A stretch of 63,356 nucleotides of DNA, counting the filler, from Octopus bimaculoides (taxonomy: Eukaryota): NCBI RefSeq assembly GCF_001194135.2. It is 4 parts of 3 records of this genome, joined end to end, with 100 filler letters (N's around TTAATTAATTAA, not from the genome) between each part and the next. Parts side by side here need not be neighbours in the genome. Positions count along the whole stretch, not along the records: positions 1 to 25,307 come from NC_068982.1; 3 more parts are not named here. One strand, written 5' to 3'. Below, piece by piece: positions 1-11,687 of the stretch (the stretch's first letter is position 1; every line of letters starts with the position of its first letter). The notes beneath the pieces were generated by a model. It had not been told where the DNA came from, did not search any database, and saw nothing but the letters and a program-made list of their open reading frames with translations. Made by a program: the position numbers and the translations under genes.

Positions 1-1
1 A

Positions 2-306
2 ATAGAGATAACTCGAATGTGGAATCTAAAAACAGAAACAATTCCTATCATAGTAGGTGCCTTAGGTATAATAAAAAAATATTCAGACAAATACATAACA
101 AAAACACCAGGACTTACAAATATATATAACATAAAGAAAATTGCACTACTGGGTACTGCACACATTCTACGCAAAACACTTTCAATACAGTAAACATAAG
201 AGCACCACAGCACATACCCAAGGCACACAGAGCTGCGCTCGGTAGTGAAGTGAAAGCACGTTATAAAAATAAAACTACTGAATAATGATAATAATAATAA
301 TAATAA
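2..306 (+). mobile_element. R4/Dong-clade non-LTR retrotransposon 3' end (RLE C-terminus, 3' UTR, (TAA)n tail), subfamily 1
   Basis: Frame 2 translates IEITRMWNLKTETIPIIVGALGIIKK...KIALLGTAHILRKTLSIQ* (stop 191-193), the R4/Dong/Rex6 C-terminal signature. It is followed by a UTR and (TAA)n at about 281-306. Confidence 0.85.
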
Positions 307-660
307 AACACCTGTTGTCATAGGTGCGCTGGGAATGATAGCAAAAGGGCTGATTGCTTCCTAGCTCAGATACCAGAAAACCCCAAAATGACAGAAATTC
401 AAAAGATAGTGCTCATGGGAACTGCCCATATCCTACGCAAAATACTTTCTATGTAATCTCAAGTTTTAAAACAAATACATAATTTTTTTATGGTTTCTTA
501 AACATTCTCTAGAACAACACAATGTACAAAACCAAATATATGGCACCCTAGGCATAACACCAACATGAACTTCTTGAGGTCTCTGGGTGAGACTTGGAGC
601 CAACTTGAGCAAATGTAAAGCAAAAGTCAAACATAAAACAATAATAATAATAATGATAAT
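307..660 (+). mobile_element. Second, 5'-truncated R4/Dong-clade 3' end (different subfamily) with (TAA)n tail
   Basis: TPVVIGALGMIAKG, a frameshift, then ADCFLAQIPENPKMTEIQKIVLMGTAHILRKILSM* (stop 454-456). The 3' UTR is unrelated to that of copy 1 and ends in TAA repeats at about 641-660. Confidence 0.85.
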
Positions 661-850
661 GGTTTCAAATTTTGCCACAAGGGTAGTAACTTTAGGGGAG
701 GAGATGAGTCAATTACATTGACCCCAGTGTTCAAGTGGTACTTACTTTATGGAGTTCTAAAGGATGAAAGGTAAAGTCGACCTCAGTGGAATTTGAACTC
801 AGAACATACCAACAAGCATTTTGTCCAACATGCTAATGATTCTGCTGACC
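660..850 (-). mobile_element. Family A tRNA-derived SINE (degenerate copy)
   Basis: Reverse complement of the AAGGCGGCGAGCTGGCAG...TTCTGAGTTCAAATTCC..AGGTCGACTTTGCCTTTCATCC..GTCGAT..AAGTACCAG..CTGGGGTCGAT repeat. Other degenerate copies lie at about 4170-4290, 11235-11655, 16370-16500, 16795-17135, 20105-20265, 26310-26440, 32470-32685, 33320-33510 and 46370-46565. Confidence 0.85.
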
Positions 851-858
851 CACTGCCT

Positions 859-900
<42 letters not shown>

Positions 901-1146
901 TGCTGAGATTGCACCTAGAAAGTTACCCTCCCAGGCACAATCCTGGCCAAGGTTGTTTATGGAAGACCAGCAATTGCCCATGCATACTGGTCTCCCTTCT
1001 CCATGCCACCAGTGTTATCCAAGGGAAAGGCAAAGGCCGATACAGCTTGGCACCAGTGACGTCGCAACTCATTTCTACAGCTGAGTGAACTGGAGCAACA
1101 TGAAATAAAGGGTCTTGCACAAGAACACAACACGCAGCCCGATCCA

Positions 1147-1445
1147 GGGTGCTTTTACATGCCACCAGCATGAGGGCCAGTCACACGGTGCTGGCAATGG
1201 CCACGCTCAAATGGTGTTTTTTATGTGCCACATGCACAGGAGCCAGTCCAGCGGCACTGGCAACGACCTCGCTCAAATGATTTTCTAACGTGCCAACACC
1301 ACAAGTACTAGAAGGCGACTCTGGTAAAGATTACGCTCAAATGGTACTATTTACGGGCCACTAGCATGGAAGCCAGACAGCTGCTCTGGCAATGAACACG
1401 CTCAGACAGTGCTGTTAGTGCTCCACTGGCGCAGGTGCCAGTCAT
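1147..1445. repeat. Family C-associated internal tandem repeat (about 60-bp units GGTGCTTTTA(C/T)GTGCCACC.GCA...GCCAGTC...CTGGCAA.GA.CACGCTCAAAT)
   Basis: 4-5 diverged units. The same unit occurs at 41460-41600, 41863-41985 and 42215-42430. Confidence 0.8.
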
Positions 1446-2461
1446 AAAGAAATGAAATCTGTCTTTAATGCTTTTCTTGGTTGACAGAGATTACCCTGCA
1501 CATCTTTTGTAGGCAGAAACAGCAACTTTCAATTTTCTCTAATAGTCTTGTTTTTAACAGTTCTAAACTTATTTGATAGTTATTGCAGGCTTTTNNNNNN
1601 NNNNNNNNNNNNNNNNNNNNNNNNNNNNNNNNNNNNNNNNNNNNNNNNNNNNNNNNNNNNNNNNNNNNNNNNNNNNNNNNNNNNNNNNNNNNNNNNNNNN
1701 NNNNNNNNNNNNNNNNNNNNNNNNNNNNNNNNNNNNNNNNNNNNNNNNNNNNNNNNNNNNNNNNNNNNNNNNNNNNNNNNNNNNNNNNNNNNNNNNNNNN
1801 NNNNNNNNNNNNNNNNNNNNNNNNNNNNNNNNNNNNNNNNNNNNNNNNNNNNNNNNNNNNNNNNNNNNNNNNNNNNNNNNNNNNNNNNNNNNNNNNNNNN
1901 NNNNNNNNNNNNNNNNNNNNNNNNNGAATGTCATGACTACTTAACAGAAAATAGCAATTTTAGTTTTAATATTCACATCAAATTGAAATTCCTTTTTCTT
2001 TGAAGGCATGTCTAACACACACACACACATACACACACACGAAGAAAAAAATCCAGCAAAAAAAAAAAATGTAAAAAGTCAAATGACAATCTAGTTGTCC
2101 AAGTTTTAATTGGTGTTTTTGATTTAAACCTTAAAAGAAGCTTCTAGTACACTCTCTTTACAAGAGACCTAACAGTTCACTTCTTGACATTTCAAAATAT
2201 CTTTTTCAAACTTTTAATCATGGAGAACAACTTGAAACATCTCTATCAGCCATTCTCTATTTGCACAATTTTAATCTCTTCTGTTTGTCTGAGATGCTGG
2301 GCCTTAAGGATGAAAATAGAAAAATCTGGAAGATTGTGGAATTTCGTTTTCTTTTTTCCATAGACTTTTATATGTAACTTTGTAACAAAGATTTTCTTTT
2401 TAAAAGGCCACTGAGAGTGGGTGAAGGACATGTTGGATAGTCATTACTGTTTTGGTTTCCA

Positions 2462-3105
2462 TATATGTATACACGCACACACACATACACACACACACAC
2501 ACAAACGTATGCATGCACACATGCACACACACAAATGTATGCATGCACACGTACAAGCACACGCATATACATATGCATGCACACATACACACAAGCACAT
2601 ACATACACATATGCATGCACACATACACACACAAACACATGCATGTACACATACACACACATACAAATATGCATGCACACAAACACATGCATACACATAT
2701 GCAGGCACACATATACATACAAACACATGCATACACATATGCATGCACATACACACACACACACAAAGAGAAACTCATGCATACACGTATGCATGCATGC
2801 ACACACACACATGCACATATGCATGCACACATGCATACACACACACAACTGCATGCACATACACAAACACACACACAAACACATGCATACACACACACAC
2901 AAACATAAGGAGAAACACACACATACACATATGCATGCATGCACACACACACACACACTCATGCACATATGCATGCACACATACACACACACACAAACAT
3001 ACGCATACACATATGCATGCATACATACACACACACAAACACACACAAAGGCGCATACACACAAACACTCGCATATGCATATCCATGCACACATACATGT
3101 ATGGA
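2462..3105. repeat. Cryptic CA/TA-rich minisatellite (recurrent ~34-bp unit CATACACATATGCATGCACACATACACACACACAAA)
   Basis: Alternating purine-pyrimidine sequence with repeated ATGCATGCA nodes. It explains the H/T/C/V-rich ORFs in the track. Confidence 0.9.
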
Positions 3106-3358
3106 AACCAACTCCTTAATGGACATAACCATTGCTTGTTAATGAACTGCGAAGTAAAGTTGACCCTTTTTTTCTAGCCCAGCTGATGGTCAGCAACTTT
3201 TATCACAAAACTATTCAACACAGGTAATCTATATTGGTTTCACATTTTGGCACAAGGCCAGTAATTTTGAGGGAGGGTATAAGATACAGTTCTATATTTA
3301 AGAGATGAAGAATTATTTACATGATTTACATTATTTACATTTGACAGATATTTCTCCT

Positions 3359-3900
3359 CATCTTGTTTTCAAGAGCAATACAACACTTCGCAAATATCTC
3401 CTTCGGGTAAAACCACCAACAGAAAAGAATATGACCAAAAACTGCGTGTACTCCATCCCATGTAGCTGTGGTAGATTATACAAAGGCGAAACATGTCGCC
3501 CCCTCAAAATAAGGGTAGAAGAACATCGCAAAGCTGTGACACGAGGAGATATTGATAAATCGAGTATAGCTGATCATGTATGGAAAAATGGAAACCACCT
3601 CCCCCTGTGGGATGAAGTTAAAATAATAGACAGGGAACAACACTGGAAAATACGAAAACTAAAAGAAGCAGCACATATGCTANNNNNNNNNNNNNNNNNN
3701 NNNNNNNNNNNNNNNNNNNNNNNNNNNNNNNNNNNNNNNNNNNNNNNNNNNNNNNNNNNNNNNNNNNNNNNNNNNNNNNNNNNNNNNNNNNNNNNNNNNN
3801 NNNNNNNNNNNNNNNNNNNNNNNNNNNNNNNNNNNNNNNNNNNNNNNNNNNNNNNNNNNNNNNNNNNNNTTTATAAGCCTTAAAATTCACCCCATAATTG
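3359..3900 (+). mobile_element. Penelope-like element, GIY-YIG endonuclease C-terminal domain (interrupted by N gap 3683-3869)
   Basis: VFKSNTTLRKYLLRVKP...NCVYSIPCSCGRLYKGETCRPLKIRVEEHRKA...KSSIADHVW...LWDEVKIIDREQHWKIRKLKEA is a typical PLE GIY-YIG domain. Confidence 0.92.
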
Positions 3901-3905
3901 CCCAC

Positions 3906-4148
3906 GGGCATATGGCGTAGTGGTTAAGAGCGCGGGCTACTAACCCCAAGGTTCCGAGTTTGATTCATGGCAGCGACCTGATTAATAATAATAATAATAT
4001 AATAATAATAGTAACATCGTTAGGAATGAGAACCCAGGTTCGAAATTTCCCCAAGACACCTGACAAAGGCTGGATGGTATATCAGCCGAAACGTTGTGTT
4101 AACAACAAACAAGATGAGGAGAAATATCCGTCAAATGTAAATAATGTA
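3906..4148 (+). mobile_element. tRNA-like Pol III head + (TAA)n + hammerhead-containing Penelope pseudo-LTR-like tail
   Basis: A box TGGCGTAGTGG (3913-3923), B-box-like GAGTTTGATTC (3956-3966), anticodon-like arm GCGGG-CTACTAA-CCCC, TAA tract about 3982-4010, hammerhead-like motif 4055-4100 and a tail ending GTAAATAATGTA. Related copies lie at 4680-4832 (-) and 4833-4986 (+). Confidence 0.75.
4055..4100 (+). ncRNA. Minimal type I hammerhead ribozyme relic (core G8>A)
   Basis: GACAC-CTGACAA-A-GGCTG-loop(10)-CAGCC-GAAA-CG-TT-GTGTT: stem I GACAC/GTGTT, stem II GGCTG/CAGCC, palindromic ACGT stem III, GUU cleavage triplet. The core is CTGACAA instead of CTGANGA. Confidence 0.7.
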
Positions 4149-4679
4149 GGGTATAAGATGATTACGTCAACCTCTGTGTTCGACTGGTACTTATTTTATT
4201 GACCCCAGAAGAATGAAAAGTAATGTTGGCCTCAGTGGAATTTGAACTCGGAACAAAATGCTAATAAACAATTTGCCCAGTATTCTTTTATTCTTTTAGT
4301 TGTTTCATTCATTTGACTGCAGCCATGTTGGAGCACCACTTTGAAAGGTTTTAGTTGAGCAAATCAGTCTCTTTTGCCAAACTGCTAAGCCACAGGGACA
4401 TAAACATGCCAACACCGTTTGGTAAGCAGTGATGTGGGGACAAACACAGGCACAAAGACACAACATACAGATATATACATCATCACCATCATCATCATCA
4501 TCATCGTTTAATGTCCGTTTTCCATGCTAGCATGGGTGGGATGGTAGCACAAGAGTCAGCCAGGCTGAAGCCTGCTCCAGACTTCTGTGACTGATTTGGC
4601 AGGATTTTTACAGCTGGATGCCCTTCGTGACACCAACCACCCAGTAGAGTGGACTTAGTGCATTTTACATGGTACAAGC

Positions 4680-4759
4680 ACTTTCCTGCCTTCATCAGGT
4701 GTCCTGGTAGAATTTTGAACCCAATCCTGGGTTCTCATTCCTAAGATATTTTTTGCTGA

Positions 4760-4790
<31 letters not shown>

Positions 4791-4986
4791 TATTCAAGGA
4801 ACTGCCTGGAATTGAACTTGCAATCTTGGGGTAAATTACAAAAAAGATACCTTAGGAATGAGAAGCCAGGTTTGGGTTCAAAATTCTACCAGGACACCTG
4901 AAGAAGGCTGGAGAGTAAATCAGCCGAAACATTGTGATAACAACAAACAAGATGAGGACACATGTCCACCCAGTGTAAATAATGTA
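4680..4986. mobile_element. Inverted + direct pair of the same tRNA/(TAA)n/hammerhead repeat (Penelope-style inverted insertion)
   Basis: 4693-4760 is the near-exact reverse complement of 4836-4905 and shares a private TTGGG insert that the 4021-4060 copy lacks. The minus copy reads GGACAC-CTGATGA-AGGC (canonical core) and carries a partial tRNA head with B box AGTTCAATTCC. Confidence 0.75.
4893..4938 (+). ncRNA. Minimal type I hammerhead ribozyme relic (intact CUGAAGA core, stem III G>A)
   Basis: GACAC-CTGAAGA(4898-4904)-A-GGCTG-gagagtaaat-CAGCC-GAAA(4926-4929)-C-ATT-GTGAT. The 16.2 G is changed to A (CpG-type decay) and stem I has one mismatch. Confidence 0.7.
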
Positions 4987-6994
4987 TGGGAGTTTTTATC
5001 TATAAATGCTTGAATAATCTCATCTAATCATAGTTTCTCATCTCCCTATGTTGTATATATTAGAGCCAACACTATGCATAAATCGTGTGTGTGTGTGTGT
5101 GTGTACCTGTGTGCGTCTTTATACTTCATGGTGTAACCTACAGTGTCACATTGGATTGCTTTATGTCAAAGTGTAAGTTAATAATTCAACAAATAGCGAT
5201 CAGTAAAATAAGTACCAAAGTGAAACAAATACTGAATCACCACCTCCAGACTGTTTTAGTTGATGTGTGAATGTACGGCCACCAAACAGCATGCAGTATT
5301 TCCGTCGAACATCATTTAAAATGTCAATGGAAGTTATTTTTCTGTTCTTCATTGGCAAACAGTGAATAAATCAGTCCATTCTTTCAGTATGTTTTCATGG
5401 CTGTCCTGATCAGGAATTGTTGGAATTGCAAATAGTTTCATTGAGGATGTTCACAGGATCACGAACAGCAGGTACTGAGCATTCAACTTCAGCAGATTGT
5501 CTCAAAATATCCATTTTAGTTTTATACACTTGGTCACATCTCAAATGACAAGATTCTTTTCTTTACTCACAACAGAGCTTAGGATAATATAACTAAATAG
5601 TTATTAATAGTTTGTTTTACTTAAATATAGTTTAACATTAATACTGAATTGATGTTTTTTTTTTAAATGTTCTTATATTAAGCAACTTTTTTGTGGTTTT
5701 ATACTACCAACCATTGCATTATACTAATTAATATTTTCATATCTAAACTTGCATAGTTTAAGAGAATAAAATATTTATTATCAATATATAGTTGAAATGA
5801 TAAATGATTAAATAAACGGAAAAAAAAATTAATTGTTAGTATACTTTAGCACTTAAACTACTCCTCTCTCACTTGTATTATGTTCTCCCCTCATTTCTAG
5901 ATCATAAATATTCACCCACATATATTAAATATATGAAGCTGCAGATGTATCTTAAAAAGTTTATTTCCTGATATTTAATATTAATGTAAAAGTTAATACA
6001 GTGTTTTAATGTCTATACAAAAGTGCAAATGCAATCTAAAAATCGAAATTCCTGCCAAATAAATAAAACACAATCATTTTTAATTAGGTTTTCTCCAAAA
6101 AGCTATAAGGAACTTGCAGGCTGAACAGCTAATTTGGAGTTTTACTCATAATATAGCACAAGTAAGTCTAAACATACTGTGTAACAGATTGCTTAAACCT
6201 GTACTAACAATCTAGAAATAATCACTCTGGTGATGTAGAGCTGGTTATAAATCTCTCTACACAGATTTTAAAAATGTAATTACTGATTGACCTGAGACTT
6301 AATGAAACCTAACCAGTTTGAAATTGAGATTATTACTTTGTATTTATTTATATGATTACATTTTCAGTATTGTTTTAGCACAATGCTTAATATATATTCT
6401 TATGTAAAGATGATGAAATATTTGCTCTAAACTGTACCAAGTGATACATCTCATGATTTATATTGTAAAGTCCAGCTGCAAAGTGATATAACTATAGAAG
6501 CTACACAGATACAATATGTGGTAAATTGCTGCAAGCTTTCTTGCAACTTATGATAATAGAAAATTCATAATGTAGCATATGTGTCACCTGACAGAGGCCT
6601 AAGAAGCAAAGATATTTAACTATATAATATATTGCTTTTTATTGAGATGATAATTATTTTAAATATCAAATGTTACAAGAAACATTAACTCTCTTTCATA
6701 TTCTATATAACTACACTGTACTGACAACATTAAATCATTGGTTTACTCTATTGGAATATTTCATATAAATTAACAAATTTGCTATTCAATAAATGCTATG
6801 AAATATTACAGCAATGGAGTTGGCTGAGTGGGTAGGGAATAGGATATGAAAGCATACAGTATCTAAGGAAACATGTTGCAGCTGTGGCTTCAAATGATTT
6901 CAGAGTAAACTTGGCATTTCATTCCTCTGGATCTTCTGATATACTATTGACTGAATCTACTCTATAATGTATTAGAGTTAATTCAATATTCTAG

Positions 6995-7400
6995 GCTTTC
7001 AAGGTAGTAAGCTGGCAGAAACGTTAGCATGCTGAGTGACAATGCTTAGCAGTATTTCATGTCTTTACGTTCTGAGTTCAAATTCCACTAAGGTCGACAT
7101 TGCCTTTCATCCTATCGGGGTCGATTAAATAAATACCAGTTATGCACTGGGGTCGATATAATCGACTTAATCCATTTGCCTGTCCTCGTTTGTCCCTTCT
7201 ATGTTTAGCCCCTTGTGGGCAATAAAGAAATAAGTATTTCATGTCTTTACGTTCTGAGTTCAAATTCCACCAAGGTCGACTTTGCCTTTCATCCTTTTGG
7301 GGTCAATAAATTAAGTACCAGTTGCATACAGGGTTGATCTATTCAACTGGCCCCTTCCCCAAAAAATTTTGGGCCTTGTGCCTAAAGTGGAAAATAATAT
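6995..7400 (+). mobile_element. Family A SINE, double/nested (tail-a copy inside tail-b copy)
   Basis: Head, body and tail a (...GGGCAATAAAGAAATAAG), then a repeated AGTATTTCATGTCTTTACGTTCTGAGTTCAAATTCCAC and a second body ending in tail b (...GGCCTTGTGCCTAAAGTGGAAAATAATATT). Confidence 0.85.
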
Positions 7401-7792
7401 TCTAAAGAAAAGAAAAAGAAAAAAAGCTGGCTTGGTTAAAAAGTAGTAATGAATATTTATTGTTTAATTTCTTTCCAAGCCTTTTTACTCTTGCTGTAAC
7501 CTCTTCCGCTTACACATAACCCAAGCCAACGTGGAAGGCTTTAGGCAGTTATTCAATCAACTAAAAAGAGTTGCCAAATCTTCCTCATCCAATGCACTAT
7601 GATACTTTTTGAAAAGAAGACACTGAATCATGTAGTTCCATAGATGGTGTTTGTATAAAAGACAGGATGTTCATGGCTGGGTTGCTCCTGGTCATTGCTT
7701 TGCTTTATTTGGGTTGGTCTTGAATGTAACCAGAACAATGGAAATAACTGTTGCATCCAGTTTTCTTTGATGTAGCTGCTGGATATAGTTTC

Positions 7793-8027
7793 TTATTTCT
7801 TTATTTCCCACAATGGGCTAAACATCGAGGGGACAAACAAGGACAGACAAATGGATTAAGTCGATTATATCGACCCCAGTGTGTAACTAGTACTTATTTA
7901 ATTGACCCCGAAAGGATGAAAGGCAAAGTTGACCTCGGCGGAATTTGAACTCAGAATGTATCGGCAGATGAAATACCACTAAGCATTTCGCCCAGCACGC
8001 TAACGTTTCTGCCAGCTCACCGCCTTG
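7793..8027 (-). mobile_element. Family A SINE (tail a), full length
   Basis: Complete head to (AAGAAAT) tail. CTGGATATAGTTTC is duplicated at 7779-7792 and 8040-8053. Confidence 0.9.
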
Positions 8028-10665
8028 GAGAATAGTTTCCTGGATATAGTTTCAATGTAGTTACTTCCTCAGGAGCTGCATTTTCTTCAATGTAGCACCT
8101 GAAGAAATAAAGTTCAGAATTGGAGACCTGTGAGAAATTAACAGCATTATTATTGTTTAGAATGAACCTGAAGCAGCGACAACATTATTGGTTAATATTG
8201 GTTAAAATGTATCTAAAAGCTGTAGAAGGAATTTAAGATATTGATGAGTGAACCCAAGTTCAGGAAACAAACATGGCTTATAATAGCTACTAAACATTAA
8301 CAAGATTTCTAAAAAAGAAAATACTTTTTTCTGGCATGCAAGAAGGTGACAGAAACACATTCTATATCATGGAATCAGATAATATTGGAGAACGTGTGGT
8401 ATTTCAGCTACACAGTTTGAGCACCATAATTATAGATATACCAGATCCAGATCTGTAGCTCAACTGTGTCATCTGTCTATGATTGAAGCCCACAGATTGT
8501 TTGAATGGCTCAAGATAAACGCTCCTCTCTAGTTGTTTATTTATTCATCTATTTAATAGTCTTACGTGATGGGTTAACTCCATTGCTCTTCTTGGTGAAA
8601 TTGTTATGTTAGAAGGAAAATATTAACCAGAAAAGACTTTAAAAGAAAAGGATTGATGACAGGGAGATGAGACATAATAAGTAGGTTGTGTGAAAGATAC
8701 TGCACAAGTGATATTTATTTCCTCCATCGATAGTGCTAGAGATAGTATAAGGTTTCAGGTATAAGGTAACTGGAGTTTGAAGAAGATTAGGCAATTATTA
8801 TTTCTGTTAGAATAAACAAATTATTCTTTCTTTCAGTTGACATGAAGAACACAATGCGTTTAGTATCAGAATTGTAATAGTGTGTAGCTGTTAAATATAA
8901 AGAGGGAACTAAACAGACCATAAAATTTGTTAGAAATGGCAGCCATATCTTTATCAAATCATACACCAGTGTCTTAAAAAAGTAAGGACATTTATAATGT
9001 TAATATAAATACACTTCTAGAAAAAAAAAAAAAAAAATAGAAGACACAGGCGTGACTGTGCAGTAAGAAACTCACTTCCCAACCATATGGTTTCAGGTTC
9101 AGTCTCACTGCATGGCACCTTGGACAATTGTGTTCTACTATAGTTTCAGGCTGACCAAAGTCTTGTGAGTGAATTTGGTAGATGGAAACTGAAAGAAGCC
9201 CAATGTATATGTCTGTGTATGTGTCTGTGTTCCCTCCTCCCATCCTCCATGTTTACATTGCCGTAATCTAGCAGTTCAGTAATGTGACTGACAGAATAAG
9301 TACTAGGCTTGAAAATAAGTCCTGGGGTTTAATTGTTCGACAAAAAACACTTCAGTGCAGTGCTCCAGCATGGCTGCAGTCAAGTGACTGAAACAAGTAA
9401 AAGAATGAAAGAAATTCATAACTGGAACACTTTTAACCTTTTAGCATTCAGGTTTCTTTGTTAAACGCAATGCTTATTTATTCACATTGCTTTGAATTAA
9501 TCATGCATTATTTAGCTTCAAGATTTCAATGCTGTGTTTGTATACTTTTAGAATGACATTGTAGTGCAGGTGTGAGAGGATAGATCAGGTCAGTTTTAAC
9601 ATAAAACGGTAGAATATTTGGGCTGGATATGGCTGGATTAAAAGCTAAAGGGTTAATTACAAGTCTATTCTGTATGGGCCAAACAACAGCATCAGCAACA
9701 TTCAAAGCAGCAATAGAGAAATTATGGAAACTGAATGTGAAATATGAAGACACGTCAAGCTATGTGAAATTATTGTCATGGCCAGTGCTAGTGATATGCG
9801 AGAGGCACCCATGCTGGTGACATGTGCATAGAGTAGAAAAGAATATTTTTTACATCTCACAATCTTTAGTCATTCACTCTGTGGAGTGCTTGGCATGTAA
9901 AAAGGCACCCATGCTGGTGGCATGTAAAAGGCACTCATGTCGGTGATACATAAAAGGCACCCGTGCCAGTGACATGTGAAGAGTATCTTTGCTGATAATA
10001 TGCAAAAGACACCCAGTACACTCTGTGGAGTGGTTGGCATTAGGAAGGGCGTCCAGCTGCAGAAACCAAGCCAAAACAGATTGGAGCCTGGTGCAGCTCT
10101 CTGGCTTACCAGCTCTAGCCAAGCCATCTTACCCATGGAAAAGGGCTGCTAAATGATGATGATGATGATGATGATGAATTTCAAGGGCAAGCTAAACACA
10201 AGCTCACAACTTGGGGTATTTACTAGGTAAGCAGTATAACAGCTATCCAGTTCTCAGTTCTGAGCGATTTCAGCTACAAAGCTCAGTATTGAAAGATCTT
10301 CTTTGGTCTGTCACTGCATCCATCTCTTCGTAATATTTTTGTCATCCCACAATCTTTAGTCATTCACTGTATACATCCATGTTCAACACATTCATCTTGT
10401 AAACAAGTAAATTAACAAATTGGAACAATTAACAAATTCAATACAAATAGAATAGGCTGTCAAGTGTTTCTTTTTTTCTGTTTCTTTTTCTGTTTCTTAT
10501 CAAGTGTCTTTAAGAAGAAATTTTATTTTATCAAAACAAATATTTTCATTTCTAAACTCTTCTTTCTCTTTAGACAATACAATTGGACATCTGCCCAATG
10601 ACACTAATAATAGCCTAACATCCTTTTTGAGCCTTTTCCAATATATTTCATTAATTCTTTTAAAA

Positions 10666-10927
10666 CAGAGGTTCTCAACCAGGGTCCATANNNNNNNNNN
10701 GGGTCCATATAAGATTTTGTTGTTAGAATGTATCTGCAATAAATTGCTTATACATCTGCAATGCATAAAATGCTTTAATATTTTTTTTTTATATAAATCC
10801 TAATAACACAAAATTATAAAAAATACAATTAGAGTTTATTTTACATACAGTGAATGACCGTGGAAACCCAGTAGATTAGAATAGGGATCAAAGGGGTCCA
10901 TAGGTAAAAAATGGCTGATAATCACTG
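10666..10927. mobile_element. hAT (Charlie-like) MITE with 8-bp TSD
   Basis: TIRs CAGAGGTTCTCAACC ... GGCTGATAATCACTG. An identical 8-bp TSD TTTTAAAA lies at 10658-10665 and 10928-10935. Confidence 0.85.
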
Positions 10928-11687
10928 TTTTAAAATACGAATATCCTTCTACTCTTCCCCTCGTTTCAACAATTTGACTGGGGCCATGCTAGGACACAAC
11001 AATAAATAGCAATGGTTATTTTTATAAACATAATGAATCAAAGAAATGTTGAACAGAAAACCAAATCTCTTGCAAGATTATTTGTTCTGTTCAGTGTTCA
11101 AATCTTGTGAAAATTTACTTTACTTTTCGACTTCATCTTCTGAATTGATAAAAGGTGAATTTTTTCCAGCATTAATGTCAATTTCATTGACTATACACTT
11201 CACTCCAACATTTAGGACTTTGTGTTAATATTAGTTTCAAATTTTGGCACAGGGCGTGTAATTTCATGGGAGGGGGTAAGTGGATTACAACGACTTCAGA
11301 GCTCCACTGGTATTTTTTTTTATCGATCTCAAAAGGATGAAAGGCAAAGTGGACTCCAGCAGAATTTAAACTCAGAACATACAGATTGACGAAATGCTGC
11401 TAAGTATTCTGCCACCTCGCTGCTGCCTTGGGTTAATATTGGTTTCAAATTTTGACACAAGGTCAGATATTTCGGGTGGCGGTGGGCGAGTAAGTCAATT
11501 ACATCAAACCCAGTACTTAAATGGTACTTATTTTATCAATCCCGGAAGGATGAAAGATAAAGTCAACCTCGGCAGAATTTGAACTCAGAATATAAAGATG
11601 GATGAAAAACCACAAGCACCTGGCATGCTAACGATTCCGCCATCTCTCCGCCTTAGTCGTAAGCATATTATTATTATACGTTCCGTA

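Noticed and set aside
2368-3177. Long H/T- and C/V-rich ORFs (196-241 aa) in all frames
   Set aside because: They are translations of a CA/TA minisatellite that is stop-free in several frames on both strands.
3906-3978. Possible functional tRNA gene (Ser-like ACT loop)
   Set aside because: The acceptor and T stems pair poorly, the B box is mutated and it is fused to repeat sequence. It is a SINE-type head. The same applies to the heads of families A, B, D and E.
5270-5520. Coding-looking stretch on the minus strand (MKLFAIPTIPDQDSHENILKEWTDLF...)
   Set aside because: Short, interrupted frames with no recognisable family or convincing splice sites. It may be an unidentified transposon relic.
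9770-10010. ~27-bp repeats resembling a CRISPR array
   Set aside because: Eukaryotic context, degenerate tandem units with no unique spacers, internal to the RTE-derived family C, and no cas genes.
10681-10709. GGGTCCATA repeated across a 10-N gap
   Set aside because: Most likely an unmerged contig overlap inside the hAT MITE.
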